DNA of 47,956 nucleotides from Klebsiella phage VLCpiS13a. Of this stretch, positions 17,455 to 28,035 are shown piece by piece (positions within the stretch are counted from its first letter, which is position 1; every line of letters begins with the position of its first letter). The DNA lies in the sequence record NC_071152.1, one strand, 5' to 3'. The notes under the pieces are model-generated. The model was not told the DNA's origin, ran no database searches, and saw only the letters and a program-made list of their open reading frames with translations. The translations under genes were made by a program, and so were the position numbers.

Positions 17455-17925
17455 ATGCCTATACCTTACCCTAGCTGGTTGCCTTTAGCGCAAAGAGCCA
17501 GTAAAAACCTAACGTTTCAGACTCCTTTCAGAAAGGATACGCCAGCTGTTGGCGCACCAATATTCCAGAAGCTAACAACCGATGTCTGTGCATCATGGAG
17601 CCTTACGTGGGTCCTTACACTCAGGCAGGAAAGAGCTTTTATTCAGTGGTTAAGAAGCAGCAAATACCTAAACCACTGTAATGAATGGTTTACGATGGAT
17701 ATAGACCTTGGTGGCAGCGGATTACAAAATCAGACTTTGCACTTTACTGATTATCCCGTGCAGACAAGCATCAATGGCGGCATCGTCACATGGACTGGAA
17801 ATGTCATCTGTAAAACTCTCAATAACTCCATGGATGAGTTTGATGATGTGCTTGTTGAGCTTGATGAGCGATGGTATTCATGGCTTGATGAAGTCGTTAA
17901 CAGGGATTTGCCGGAGTATCCATAA
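17455..17925 (+). CDS. minor tail protein (gpM-like)
   Basis: GGAG SD 6 nt before ATG 17455 (ORF open from 17407); follows TMP region. Confidence 0.5.
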   Translation: MPIPYPSWLPLAQRASKNLTFQTPFRKDTPAVGAPIFQKLTTDVCASWSLTWVLTLRQERAFIQWLRSSKYLNHCNEWFTMDIDLGGSGLQNQTLHFTDYPVQTSINGGIVTWTGNVICKTLNNSMDEFDDVLVELDERWYSWLDEVVNRDLPEYP

Positions 17926-18395
17926 TGCCAACATTGCGTGAATACCAGTCAAAAAGACCAAACTGGAAGCTGTACGACACCATAACCTTTTATCACTCTT
18001 CATTTGGTTATGTCAGGCTAGTTGGCAATGAGTTTTCTGATATTGTACTTGGCGGCCAGACTTACCAGCCAGTGCGCATGGATGTAACCAGAAGCCAGCA
18101 ATCAAACACGCCAGTAATCAATGCCACGCTGAAGTTTGCGAGACTGGCTAATGACTTTAAGCAATATTTAAAGTTATGGTCAGGTTCTGGACGCATTGAG
18201 CCTATCACTGCGCTATATCAACGATTTGATGAGACTGACAAAGACACTCCTTTAAAGCCATACACGCTTTATGTGAACGATGTGACGCTTGATCAGTCAG
18301 ATGTAACTGTCTCCATCTCCATAAAAAACCCAATCAATGGAAACGTGGCAAAACTTTATGACATCACAGAATTCCCCGGACTGCGTACCGTTTGA
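17925..18395 (+). CDS. minor tail protein (gpL-like)
   Basis: ATGCCA start overlapping upstream TAA; 156 aa. Confidence 0.5.
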   Translation: MPTLREYQSKRPNWKLYDTITFYHSSFGYVRLVGNEFSDIVLGGQTYQPVRMDVTRSQQSNTPVINATLKFARLANDFKQYLKLWSGSGRIEPITALYQRFDETDKDTPLKPYTLYVNDVTLDQSDVTVSISIKNPINGNVAKLYDITEFPGLRTV

Positions 18396-18408
18396 CGATT
18401 TTGAAAGG

Positions 18409-18816
18409 ATGATGACCGGCAAGCCATACGTTGACAGATGCTGTCACGTTGATGCAGTGGACTGCTGGGGTCTGGTGGTGCTGTTCTATCGCCTGTGCAT
18501 GAATGTCAATGTTCATCACGATGATTCATATTCAAGTGGTGGCGATTTTGTTACGTGCTTCAATGGAGAAGTTTCATTCTGGAAAGACACCGATCATCCA
18601 AAAATTGGCGATGTGGTGGTTGCCTATCGCGGGAGTCATCCGGTACATGTCGCGCTATGGTGGGGTCGTGATAAAATACTGCATGCGCGAGAGAAAACGG
18701 CAGTCAAGACAGACCGCCTTAAAACACTCGAAAAATTATCAACAAAATTAAGGTTCCTGACTTATGCCAGTTATTCACATTCAGAAGATGCCAGGAGTTC
18801 CAAAAGAGACGGGTAA
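18409..18816 (+). CDS. tail assembly protein K-like, NlpC/P60 domain
   Basis: Cys-His-His triad CWGLV ... HVALW ... LHAR; GAAAGGATG start 18409 (ORF open from 18337). Confidence 0.65.
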   Translation: MMTGKPYVDRCCHVDAVDCWGLVVLFYRLCMNVNVHHDDSYSSGGDFVTCFNGEVSFWKDTDHPKIGDVVVAYRGSHPVHVALWWGRDKILHAREKTAVKTDRLKTLEKLSTKLRFLTYASYSHSEDARSSKRDG

Positions 18817-21244
18817 TGTTCCTGCTGGCACTAATCTGTGGAGATGGCTGGAGAATTCCGGCCTTCCATCTGATATCAGGATTGCGCTGAATGGCCGCAT
18901 TTTTGGCCCCGATGATGAATTGTCGATATCGTTAAAGCAAAACGATATTGTTAACATTTACTGTCAGCCTCGCGGCGCCATTGGCGACCTTATCAGCACG
19001 ATACTCAGTCCTGTAACTAAGGTTCTTTCTTTTTTGTTGCCGAAAGCATCAACACCATCAACCAGCAGCGGAACTACCGTTGAATCACCAAATAACAGCC
19101 TGAAATCGCAGACCAATATCGCGCGAAACGGAGAGGCAAGGCCTGATAACTTCGGGCAGATAAGGGCATTTCCTGACCTAATTCAGGAATCTCTTTTTGA
19201 ATACATTGACGATTTGAAGTACGTAACTGAGTTCATGAATTTTGGCCTTGGGAAATACACCATTTCATCGGTTCGCTATGCGGAAACTAATCTTGGTTCT
19301 CTGCCCGGAGCCACTCATGTCATCTACAATCCAGGTGATGTGATCGGGCAAATCATTGAACCTTACCAGTTCGACGGGCTTGATGGTCAGGAGGTTCCAG
19401 GTCTTAACGAATCAGAAGACACCCCGATAGAGACGGCAACCACAACATCTGTTACCAGTGGAAATTATGCTGGTGGCCAGCTGTTGATAGTCATACCAAA
19501 AAACACCGATTTCGATTACTTCATGGGGCTGTCTTTGCCTCACTCCGTGTCATTAACAATAAATATCACCTACAACTCTACATCAGGGCCAGTTACTGAA
19601 AACATTCAGCTTAGTGGCAACATCATTTCAGCTGAGGAAACTGAGACAGGCGTCATTCCTGATATTCAGTATTTCTATAATTTCACTTTTAATAACCTGA
19701 CTGGCGCAAATCTTGGCAACCTGACAGGCGCAACCATCAACAATACTTATTTCCAGGTTGTGGATAATGAGGCGCTTGTTGTTGGCCCTTATGTTGGGGC
19801 TGTGGAATCAACGCAGGTTTGGGTTCACGTTCAGTCTGAGCTTGGGCCAACCAGTGGCACGGCAGATTATCTGATCAAGGTATGGGCGGTTGATGATAAT
19901 GGGGATGCCATTCCAGGGACTGAGGAGCAGCTCGCAGACAGTATTGACAACCCATTTAATCAGACAACAAAAACCTATTATCGCACGTATAAATTAACTC
20001 CTACTTATGGACTGGCTAAGTATGCCATCAGCATTGAAAGGACAAACAACTCAAACTCTGGCAACCGCGTAACGTTGCAGGCGGCGCACGCTATCAACAT
20101 CCGCGAGAATGTGGTTTATCCTGATGACACCCTTGTTAAAGTGACGGTGAAGGCTACGCTTCAGCCCACATCAGTATCTGAGCGCAAATATAATGCGCTG
20201 ATCACCCGCTGGACTATTGGATACAACAGAACAGCCGGGACAGTCGACTATACGTTAACTCCATCAAGAAGTTTTGCAGATTCAGTGCTGCATAACTGGC
20301 TTATTACCGCTGGTCAGCCTGAAAGCACCATTGACATAGGCAGACTCTATGAAATAGCTGATGCGCTTCCTGATGAGCGCCTTGGGTATTTTGACTATAC
20401 ATTTGACGATGAGGATAAATCAATCGGTGAGCGAATTCAGACCATCTGTGATGCAGCTCGCGTAACGGTATTTTGGGATGATGGTGTTTTGTCGTTTTCA
20501 AGAGATGAGCAAAAATCAACACCTGAAACTGTGTTCAATACCAGAAACACGCAGGCCGATGGCTACAAAATGTCTTATGACATGACTTTGCCGGGGTCAT
20601 ATGATGGCGTAAGCGTTCAGTACCGAGACCCAAACACCAACAAACAGGATTACGTTTATTATAAAGTTGGCACTTCTGGTATAGAGCCGGGAGAGCCGAC
20701 TAAGCCGAAAAAATTCGACATGTTATATGTTCGGAATCTGTATCAGGCAACAGACCGGGCCATGCTTGAGTGCAATCGCCTGATGTACTCACGTCGCGGA
20801 ATGGAGATAAAAGCGCTTGCTGATGGCGAGTGGGTGAATGTTGGCGATATGATTTCTGTTGTCGACATTTATGATTCCGTACAGCAGACTGGTGTTATCC
20901 GCTCAAGGTCTGGAAACGTATTTACCACCAGTGAACAGCTCACGGCTGGAAGTGGCATATTTGTGGTTATCACCGGCGCCAACGGGAATGTGTCAGAGCG
21001 CCTGACTTGCACTGTTACAGGATTGAATACATTCGAGTGTGCATTACCATCTGACTTTGAGTTAAACATTTTTGATGGTGTTAATGTTCAGTCAGAATCA
21101 AGATATGCCATCTCAACAGAGGTTGAGCTTGACTCAACATTATGGACAGTCAGCCAAAAAACTCCAGGTACAGATGGCACAGTTTCTCTCACAGTAACTG
21201 AATACAATGACGCCATGTACGCCTACACCAACCCTGTTGCATGA
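18764..21244 (+). CDS. tail tip / central fibre protein (gpI-like N-terminus fused to J-like body)
   Basis: 826 aa following M/L/K-like genes; N-terminal 100 aa gpI-like. Confidence 0.55.
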   Translation: MPVIHIQKMPGVPKETGNVPAGTNLWRWLENSGLPSDIRIALNGRIFGPDDELSISLKQNDIVNIYCQPRGAIGDLISTILSPVTKVLSFLLPKASTPSTSSGTTVESPNNSLKSQTNIARNGEARPDNFGQIRAFPDLIQESLFEYIDDLKYVTEFMNFGLGKYTISSVRYAETNLGSLPGATHVIYNPGDVIGQIIEPYQFDGLDGQEVPGLNESEDTPIETATTTSVTSGNYAGGQLLIVIPKNTDFDYFMGLSLPHSVSLTINITYNSTSGPVTENIQLSGNIISAEETETGVIPDIQYFYNFTFNNLTGANLGNLTGATINNTYFQVVDNEALVVGPYVGAVESTQVWVHVQSELGPTSGTADYLIKVWAVDDNGDAIPGTEEQLADSIDNPFNQTTKTYYRTYKLTPTYGLAKYAISIERTNNSNSGNRVTLQAAHAINIRENVVYPDDTLVKVTVKATLQPTSVSERKYNALITRWTIGYNRTAGTVDYTLTPSRSFADSVLHNWLITAGQPESTIDIGRLYEIADALPDERLGYFDYTFDDEDKSIGERIQTICDAARVTVFWDDGVLSFSRDEQKSTPETVFNTRNTQADGYKMSYDMTLPGSYDGVSVQYRDPNTNKQDYVYYKVGTSGIEPGEPTKPKKFDMLYVRNLYQATDRAMLECNRLMYSRRGMEIKALADGEWVNVGDMISVVDIYDSVQQTGVIRSRSGNVFTTSEQLTAGSGIFVVITGANGNVSERLTCTVTGLNTFECALPSDFELNIFDGVNVQSESRYAISTEVELDSTLWTVSQKTPGTDGTVSLTVTEYNDAMYAYTNPVA

Positions 21245-21282
21245 TACAATAGGGCAATCAATGATTACGGAGATTGCAGCCA

Positions 21283-24200
21283 ATGGCTACTAACCCAACT
21301 AATAACCCAATCCCTTCTGAAGACCCGCGCGACCTGAAATTTAACGCCGGGAAAATTGATGAAGAAGTTAATGGCAGTGCTGATTACTACACCGACCGTT
21401 TCGGAGTACAGCGCCTGACCAATGCCGGGCGCAACCATCAGTTTCAGGATGCTCAGACTGAAAGATCTTCCATTTTCACAGAGCAGCTCACCAGCCAGGA
21501 AGAAGAATTCACAACGCAGCTTTCAGGGCAGGAAGACCAATTCAATCAACAAATATCTGAACAACATAGCGAGTTTACGGCACAAATCACAGAGCAGCGT
21601 AACGAATTCAACGACATGCTCGCGGCCTCGGGCTATTCATGGCTGGCTGATTATGTTGATGGCCCCGTAACGTTCACTAATCGTAGCCAGGTCACAGTTT
21701 ATAATGGCGTGGCATATCGGCTATCCGCGGCGACCGACATCCCATTCACGACAACAGGGAATAATGCTACTTCCTGGGCGAATGACTCAACGCATCTTGT
21801 AGCTATCGGCGATAATGACATCCGGCAACAAGTGCAATATCAATTCGGTCAGTGGCTCCCGTCAGTGGTCGCCATGCTCATCTCCAATGACACCTACTCT
21901 TCTATCCGCACCCGAGGCTTCTACGCTCCAAATGATGGCGGAGATGGGGTATGGATCGCCACTGGTAACACCGTCCCTTCTAAGGCGGGTACCCATGACC
22001 CCGCAAAGGCCAGGATCTACAATGCCAATGGTGTGGAGTACCAACTTAACGTACAGTCAGGTTTTGAGATTAATGCTAAAGCCAACGGGGTTAAGGCAGT
22101 TGATGATGTTGATGCCGAAACTGAGGACTTTGTTTGTCTCGGTGAGGCTATAAACGGTATCACCTCACGTGTCAAAACTATGGTCAACGATGAAGACCTG
22201 AAGACGTACTTAAAAGTTATTATACCATCCGAGTACCCATTACGTATTGGTAAAACCAGTATCAAGGCGTACTCCCGCTTGAAGCTAGATTTTCAGCAGG
22301 CTTCAATCTACGACCGGCCAAGCCCGTCAAATCGTCAGGAAGTCACCGGCGTTTATATGAACGCCATTGAGCGTGGCATTGAAGATGTCAGGGCTATCTC
22401 TGCAAGGTTTGGTGGCGCGACGTCTTACTCGAATATGACTCTCTCCGATTTTCATATCGAAGGGGGTAAGTTCTATGGAGACCATACCACTGATAAGGGG
22501 GTTGCAGATTGCAGCACTGGTACAGGCCTGTTTACGTATAACATGGAAAACTCCAGCATTCGTAATACGTGGTTCCAGGGATTTGCTTGTGGTCGTCAGT
22601 ACAACCGTACTGGTCCTGGGTATTACTTCGATAACTTAGGTAATAAAGTAGTTGGTACCCTGGTTCCAGAAGCTACCACATCTGGTGCTGGTTCCTACGA
22701 AGGCGTTAAGGAATGGTCTGTCACTGCGTATGGCTGCCGCTATTTGTACCTGCGCGTTCTCAGTAACTGGGCACGGTTCGATAACTGCAAATTCGGTACC
22801 TACGCTGACTGGTCATCAAGCCCTGACGGCAACCAGTGTGAATACTTCATCGAGAACCGGGGCGCCGGTGTAGTGTTCAGCGGTGGCGTAATTGAGGCGA
22901 ACACGGCGGCTGCCAACCCTACTAAGGGTTATGTGAGGGACTTCGCGCGCGGGTGTACGTTCGAAGGCGTTTACTATGAAAACTGCCTGTCGGCTGGGTG
23001 GGTCGTAGCCATCCCTGAAAAGAGCCAGTACAACCGAGCTAATGGCCTGTTCCTTACGGCTATCGGCAGTCAGTTTACCTTATCGTCGAAGGGTGCCCCC
23101 CTGATTAAGTTTGAAGAGGGGTATTTTGGATCATACAACCCTGCTACAGGCTTGTATGAAACAGGCGGTTGGGAAACCAATTACCAGTACGCGGGTGGGG
23201 TTAATACCTGGTCTGTGGGTCAGCCTGTGGTAGATTCTGGGGCTTTCCCTCACGGTGGGTATGACTTTAAATATGGTACTTATGGTATTCACTATTCTGG
23301 AAGTGTACCGGATGTGGATTCCCTACGGGACACTCCAGAGGGCAATGAGTTTCTGTCGCAGTATGGCTTACCGGTTAACTCGGGCATTCTGTTATTCACC
23401 ACCTTATCCCCGGCGTATCAGTCTAATATCGTAGTTTGGTATAAGGACCTGACGGGGAACTTTGACCCGAGGAATATTGTTGTTGGTGACTTCGACAATA
23501 ACAACGTGTCTGATGGCACCAGCAACGCACTCTACCGTACTAACGGGTTTCACTACTATGATTATGGTAATGGCTACAAAGCGGCTATTGTCCCTTACGT
23601 TAACCCTCGTGCATTAGATAACAGGATGACTACATCTGCTGGGCGGAAGTTAAAAATCACCGTAACCAGCGATGCCCCTATTATCCTGAAAAACATCCAG
23701 GCATTCGTGGGGGGTACTCCATTATTCCCGCCAGCTCTTAAGGAATACGTACCGCGATCTCAACGGGACCGCGTCTGGGGTACTATGTCTGCTGGTTCTA
23801 CGGATTCTGGTGCATACTATGGCCCACTTGTTGGCGGGGGTATCTTCCGACCTGGTGATGTGGTGCTACCTTTTGTGCCGTTCAGTAATGCTGCCTTGAT
23901 GAATCCGGCGTCATATACTGATATTTCCGCTGGGTACGGGTCAAATACAGACACTGCTGTTATTACTGGTGGGGCGGCGTGGGGTGCGGGGTTAGCCGGA
24001 GCAACCTTCACGCTTACTGTAGAAGCTCAGGACACGACTAATAACTGGACAACTGTTTCTGTGCCGTCCGCTTATTTGCCGTATGTATTCACAGGTATGC
24101 CGGTTAACGTGACAGCAAACTCCTCTGGTGGTGCTACAGGGTTAATAAACACTGTGCGCAGGATTATTAACTCTGACGGGACCATGAGCAATAAGTACGT

Positions 24201-25005
24201 GCTGTCTGGTGCCCTTGGGGCCGCTGGAACAACCTTAACGGCTTCCACAAACGGTAGCTATACAGTACGCTCCGGAGTGTCTTCAACACTCACAGGGGTT
24301 TCTGGCTCGTTCTCTGTTAGCTCATGGTTGGGTACGGCATCTGGGGATTTGCGCGTAGGATTCGGGGCGTCAGGTTCTGGCACACGCCAAACTCGTTACT
24401 ACTACAATGGTACGGATGTATCTGCTGTAGTCGGCTCCAGTGCCGCTAATGCGTTGCACTTAACAGGCACTGGCGGCATCACCCTTAACGGGTCTTTGCT
24501 GACAAGCACCTCCTATTCATTTGGTAGTGCATCGGCATACCCGGCAAACATCTACTCTCAAAATGCTGTGACCGTAGTCTCTGATGTGCACTACAAAATG
24601 GACATAGTAGAGTTAAACGATGCAGAGATTGAGTGTGCTAAAGCCTGTGCTAAGTTGTATCGTCGCTATAAGTTGAAAACAGCTGTAGCTATAAAAGGTG
24701 AAGATGGTGCCAGATACCACGTGGGAACCATTGCTCAACTTGTGATGCAGGCATTTACTGATGCTGGTTTAGATTGGACTAAGTACGGAATCATTACTTA
24801 TGAGTCCTGGGAAGCTTCCGATGCAGTCGTTGAAACTGTAGGTGCTGTCTATGATGAAGAAGGTAATGAGTTAGCTCCTGAAACCACCATAGAAATTACC
24901 CCTGCTAAAGAGGCTGGGGAAATCTACATGGTTCGCTACGACGAATTTAATAGCTTCGTCATGGCTGGGCAGGAAGCCAGACTTCAGGCTTTAGAGGAGA
25001 AGTAA
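21283..25005 (+). CDS. long tail fibre with C-terminal intramolecular chaperone (peptidase S74-like) domain
   Basis: ~1240 aa; N-terminal 11-residue repeats (TEQLTSQEEEF ...); C-terminus HYKMDIVELNDAEIECAKACAKLYRRYKLKTAVAIKGEDGARYHVGTIAQLVMQAF matches auto-cleaving chaperone of endosialidase/T5 pb1-type fibres; ATG 21283 (ORF open from TTG 21274). Confidence 0.8.
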   Translation: MATNPTNNPIPSEDPRDLKFNAGKIDEEVNGSADYYTDRFGVQRLTNAGRNHQFQDAQTERSSIFTEQLTSQEEEFTTQLSGQEDQFNQQISEQHSEFTAQITEQRNEFNDMLAASGYSWLADYVDGPVTFTNRSQVTVYNGVAYRLSAATDIPFTTTGNNATSWANDSTHLVAIGDNDIRQQVQYQFGQWLPSVVAMLISNDTYSSIRTRGFYAPNDGGDGVWIATGNTVPSKAGTHDPAKARIYNANGVEYQLNVQSGFEINAKANGVKAVDDVDAETEDFVCLGEAINGITSRVKTMVNDEDLKTYLKVIIPSEYPLRIGKTSIKAYSRLKLDFQQASIYDRPSPSNRQEVTGVYMNAIERGIEDVRAISARFGGATSYSNMTLSDFHIEGGKFYGDHTTDKGVADCSTGTGLFTYNMENSSIRNTWFQGFACGRQYNRTGPGYYFDNLGNKVVGTLVPEATTSGAGSYEGVKEWSVTAYGCRYLYLRVLSNWARFDNCKFGTYADWSSSPDGNQCEYFIENRGAGVVFSGGVIEANTAAANPTKGYVRDFARGCTFEGVYYENCLSAGWVVAIPEKSQYNRANGLFLTAIGSQFTLSSKGAPLIKFEEGYFGSYNPATGLYETGGWETNYQYAGGVNTWSVGQPVVDSGAFPHGGYDFKYGTYGIHYSGSVPDVDSLRDTPEGNEFLSQYGLPVNSGILLFTTLSPAYQSNIVVWYKDLTGNFDPRNIVVGDFDNNNVSDGTSNALYRTNGFHYYDYGNGYKAAIVPYVNPRALDNRMTTSAGRKLKITVTSDAPIILKNIQAFVGGTPLFPPALKEYVPRSQRDRVWGTMSAGSTDSGAYYGPLVGGGIFRPGDVVLPFVPFSNAALMNPASYTDISAGYGSNTDTAVITGGAAWGAGLAGATFTLTVEAQDTTNNWTTVSVPSAYLPYVFTGMPVNVTANSSGGATGLINTVRRIINSDGTMSNKYVLSGALGAAGTTLTASTNGSYTVRSGVSSTLTGVSGSFSVSSWLGTASGDLRVGFGASGSGTRQTRYYYNGTDVSAVVGSSAANALHLTGTGGITLNGSLLTSTSYSFGSASAYPANIYSQNAVTVVSDVHYKMDIVELNDAEIECAKACAKLYRRYKLKTAVAIKGEDGARYHVGTIAQLVMQAFTDAGLDWTKYGIITYESWEASDAVVETVGAVYDEEGNELAPETTIEITPAKEAGEIYMVRYDEFNSFVMAGQEARLQALEEK

Positions 25006-25020
25006 ACATTGCCCAGTTGA

Positions 25021-25045
25021 AAAAGCCCCATCGGGGGCTTTTTCA
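25021..25045. terminator. bidirectional rho-independent terminator
   Basis: AAAAGCCCC-ATC-GGGGGCTTTTT. Confidence 0.7.
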
Positions 25046-25049
25046 CTTA

Positions 25050-25547
25050 TCAAAACGGAATATCATCATCCATCGGCGGCTCGTTTGCTGGTGGTTTTTG
25101 TATGTTTGATGGTTGCTGAGGTTTACCCCATCCCGTTTGCTGATTGCTTCCTGACTGTTGCCGCTGCTGTGATTGTTGGTTTCCATTATCACTTGATTTA
25201 CCACCAATCATTTGCATAACACCGTTCATCGGCTGCAAGACAATTTCAGTGGTGTACTTTTCAACGCCGCTCTGGTCTGTCCATTTACGGGTGCGCAATT
25301 TACCTTCAACGTACACCTGAGAGCCTTTGCGCAGATATTCGCCAGCTACCTCTGCCAGCTTTCCGAAGATAACCACGCGATGCCATTCAGTTTGCTCTTT
25401 CTTTTCCCCTGTCGCTTTATCGTTCCACTGCTCTGATGTTGCCAAAGACAGATTGCACACGGCGCCACCAGATGGCATATATTTAACTTCAGGGTCTTGC
25501 CCAAGAGTGCCGAGAATGATGACTTTATTGATTCCACGAGATGCCAT
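25050..25547 (-). CDS. ssb: single-stranded DNA-binding protein
   Basis: OB-fold SSB motifs, Gly/Gln-rich linker and C-terminal DDDIPF tail. Confidence 0.95.
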   Translation of the reverse strand: MASRGINKVIILGTLGQDPEVKYMPSGGAVCNLSLATSEQWNDKATGEKKEQTEWHRVVIFGKLAEVAGEYLRKGSQVYVEGKLRTRKWTDQSGVEKYTTEIVLQPMNGVMQMIGGKSSDNGNQQSQQRQQSGSNQQTGWGKPQQPSNIQKPPANEPPMDDDIPF

Positions 25548-25556
25548 AATTTACCC

Positions 25557-26597
25557 TTAAAAGTTTTCGATGTTTTGCTGAGATGTTGATGGCTTCTCTT
25601 CGGTTGCAGATGGCGAAGGCGCATCTGCTTTCTGGAGTTTGGCCGGGTTGAAATCGTCCTGCGGTGTGATAGTTACCGCTGCTGGCGATTCGTCATTAAT
25701 GAATGATTCAATGCGCTCATACTCCTCTGCTGATGCCTTGAGTGTTGACCATATTTCCCTGATTTTCTTTTTAACTGAATCTGGAATATTTGCAGCCTCA
25801 GCATTCAGTGCCGCAACTCCGCGTGAAGCGGTCATTTGCAACTTTGAGCGCCAATGATCAAACTCTTCATCAATCTTAACGCCAGACTCAACCCATTTAA
25901 TTAAACCTCGCCCATGCGCTTCACCAATATACCCATGATGCTGGCTGTCGCGACCTGATTCAAAAAATATCGGGCGCAGTTCTTCTGGTAGCTTGGTAAA
26001 ATCCTGAATCTTGCCATTGTCATACATCATCATGCTGACGGTCATTTCAAACATGAAATCCTTCTCACATACCGGGTGCAGACCAAGTGGCATAGGGTCT
26101 TTTGGGTTGCTGAAGTCGGTTTTATTGCGCGCACGCAGGCAGACGATGATATGCATATTGCTTTGTAATAATGCACTCATGAACTTCTTATGCTCAGCCT
26201 TGGCGCGCTTCCAGTCTGCCATTTTTTTTCCTTGTAGCAGCGGCTGATCGGCTATATCTGAGCAGCCGCCTTCCCCTTCCCATTCATGCGAACCGGAATC
26301 GATAACCAGCACTTTAACGCCTGCTTTTTGAAACTCTTCGATTGCCTGGCGATAACGGGCAGGACTAAATGGCGCATACAAATCAGCATGCAGGAATTTT
26401 CCATCAAGTATATTTGAATAAAGACGTCCGCGACCGTTTTCCGTGTCCAGAAAACCGATTTCAGACGGTGAGTCAACCATGCCGCGCGCAAGTTTGAGTG
26501 CGCTGTATGTCTTACCACTACCAGACTGGCCGGAGATGCCAATAACTACGCGAGAACCTGAACGTTCAGCAGGCTTGATATCAAGAATTCCCATCAC
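25557..26597 (-). CDS. Sak4-like recombination ATPase (AAA_24 family) with C-terminal extension
   Basis: Walker A GISGQSGSGKT then FLDTENG; adjacent to SSB and exonuclease. Confidence 0.7.
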   Translation of the reverse strand: MMGILDIKPAERSGSRVVIGISGQSGSGKTYSALKLARGMVDSPSEIGFLDTENGRGRLYSNILDGKFLHADLYAPFSPARYRQAIEEFQKAGVKVLVIDSGSHEWEGEGGCSDIADQPLLQGKKMADWKRAKAEHKKFMSALLQSNMHIIVCLRARNKTDFSNPKDPMPLGLHPVCEKDFMFEMTVSMMMYDNGKIQDFTKLPEELRPIFFESGRDSQHHGYIGEAHGRGLIKWVESGVKIDEEFDHWRSKLQMTASRGVAALNAEAANIPDSVKKKIREIWSTLKASAEEYERIESFINDESPAAVTITPQDDFNPAKLQKADAPSPSATEEKPSTSQQNIENF

Positions 26598-26617
26598 TTC
26601 GCCTCATTTACTATAAA

Positions 26618-27574
26618 TTACAGGTTAAATTGCTTTTTGAACCATTCCGGCGTTTCCATTTCGATTACCGGGTTTCCCATTGAATAGCCAGGCCATGAAT
26701 TGGCTTTTTTGCACGCCTTATAGATTTCCATTGCGCTTTGCAGCTGAATTCTTCCAATGCGAAGTTGCTCATCAGTAAGGCGAATAAGCGCAGGGATGAA
26801 TGGCGATTTTTTCTCCTGCACCAGAAGGTTAACCGAGCGCGGAGCATGACCGTAAGCCTCGACAAACATATCGTGTTGCATCGCCATCTTCATAAAGTAT
26901 CCCAGCCGCGCAGCATGGCGGAAAAACTCATCAGGCTTGGCGCTCACCGCCGTTTTGTAGTCGATAATGTCGCCGCCGCGCGTAAGGCAGTCAAATCGCA
27001 CCTTGGATGGCTCGCCAAGCAAATCACCGAGAATAGACACCTCAGAGTAAGCACCAGCCAGCAAACTGCCGTAATAGCTGTTTGCGTGGATTACAGCTCG
27101 CATCTGCATGATGGCGTCATAGTCATTTCCTTCAAGCATATGCTTGCCAGTGGCGGTCTTCTCTGCTTCTTCACGAATAACATCATAAATCAGCACTGCC
27201 TCTCCAGTGGACTGAATAATTTTAATCACTTCGGCTTTAGTCTTACCTGAAAGACCTTTGATGCCGCGCTCTTTCGCCCATGAGTTCATGTCGGAAGCAG
27301 TTACCAGCACCGTGCAATTACCATCTTTGTCTCTTGGAAAATCTTCGACAACTGGCATACGGGCATATTCTGCTTCGAATCGCTCAGGCTCAAGCAGTGC
27401 GGTATGGCTACCAGTACCAAATATTAGAGCCTTTGACTGCTCATCTTCTTCGTCTTTGTAGCGCCACGCTGCGGGGCATCTGTCATACAGATTCCATAAT
27501 CCAGAGCCGTTGATGTGCTCTGTGTCAGCGTGATACTGGTTATTGCTGAGTTCGTTGTTTAAATAAACTTTCAT
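26618..27574 (-). CDS. PD-(D/E)XK recombination exonuclease (RecE/Cas4-like)
   Basis: 318 aa; RFDCL ... DIIDYKT catalytic motif; position in recombination module. Confidence 0.7.
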   Translation of the reverse strand: MKVYLNNELSNNQYHADTEHINGSGLWNLYDRCPAAWRYKDEEDEQSKALIFGTGSHTALLEPERFEAEYARMPVVEDFPRDKDGNCTVLVTASDMNSWAKERGIKGLSGKTKAEVIKIIQSTGEAVLIYDVIREEAEKTATGKHMLEGNDYDAIMQMRAVIHANSYYGSLLAGAYSEVSILGDLLGEPSKVRFDCLTRGGDIIDYKTAVSAKPDEFFRHAARLGYFMKMAMQHDMFVEAYGHAPRSVNLLVQEKKSPFIPALIRLTDEQLRIGRIQLQSAMEIYKACKKANSWPGYSMGNPVIEMETPEWFKKQFNL

Positions 27575-27598
27575 CCATCACCTCTTTTTATTGTTAAA

Positions 27599-27613
27599 TC
27601 AATCTACATCAAG
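27599..27613 (-). promoter_or_regulatory. variant conserved promoter element (TTGATGTAGATTGA) for leftward recombination operon
   Basis: Reverse complement TTGATG-N16/17-TAAAAA then GAGGTGA SD and ATG 27574. Confidence 0.35.
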
Positions 27614-27618
27614 CCACG

Positions 27619-28035
27619 TCATTCATCAAGCCCAAAATAGAATAACGTCGCTCTTTTTAACTCCTCAATACCATAAGCAATGGCTCCAAAGTGACCCTCT
27701 GCGATGGCGCACTCAAGAACCTCAATCTGTGATGGCGATACATTTGATTTTGTCTTGTCACGGCGCTTCAGTTCAATTAGGCCGCATTTATGATTAACAC
27801 CGTTGGTGAGTATCAAATTATCGCTTACGCCGCTCCTTACACCCATTTTGCGGCGTTTCTCGACGAATTGAGGACCGCTCTTTGTGCCTGTCTCATTAGG
27901 AACATGGAACCACAGAACATCAGGAAATCGGTATTGCATCCAAAGGCCATAGGCCATCTGGTCGGTCTCTTCTTTAGGGCATTCTCCACGATAACCGCTG
28001 TCAAATACCCATATCCCGCTGTCAAGCTGCTTCAA
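27619..28035 (-). CDS. VRR-NUC domain nuclease
   Basis: 138 aa; GVSDNLIL ... GLIELKR PD-(D/E)XK-type motif. Confidence 0.75.
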   Translation of the reverse strand: MKQLDSGIWVFDSGYRGECPKEETDQMAYGLWMQYRFPDVLWFHVPNETGTKSGPQFVEKRRKMGVRSGVSDNLILTNGVNHKCGLIELKRRDKTKSNVSPSQIEVLECAIAEGHFGAIAYGIEELKRATLFYFGLDE

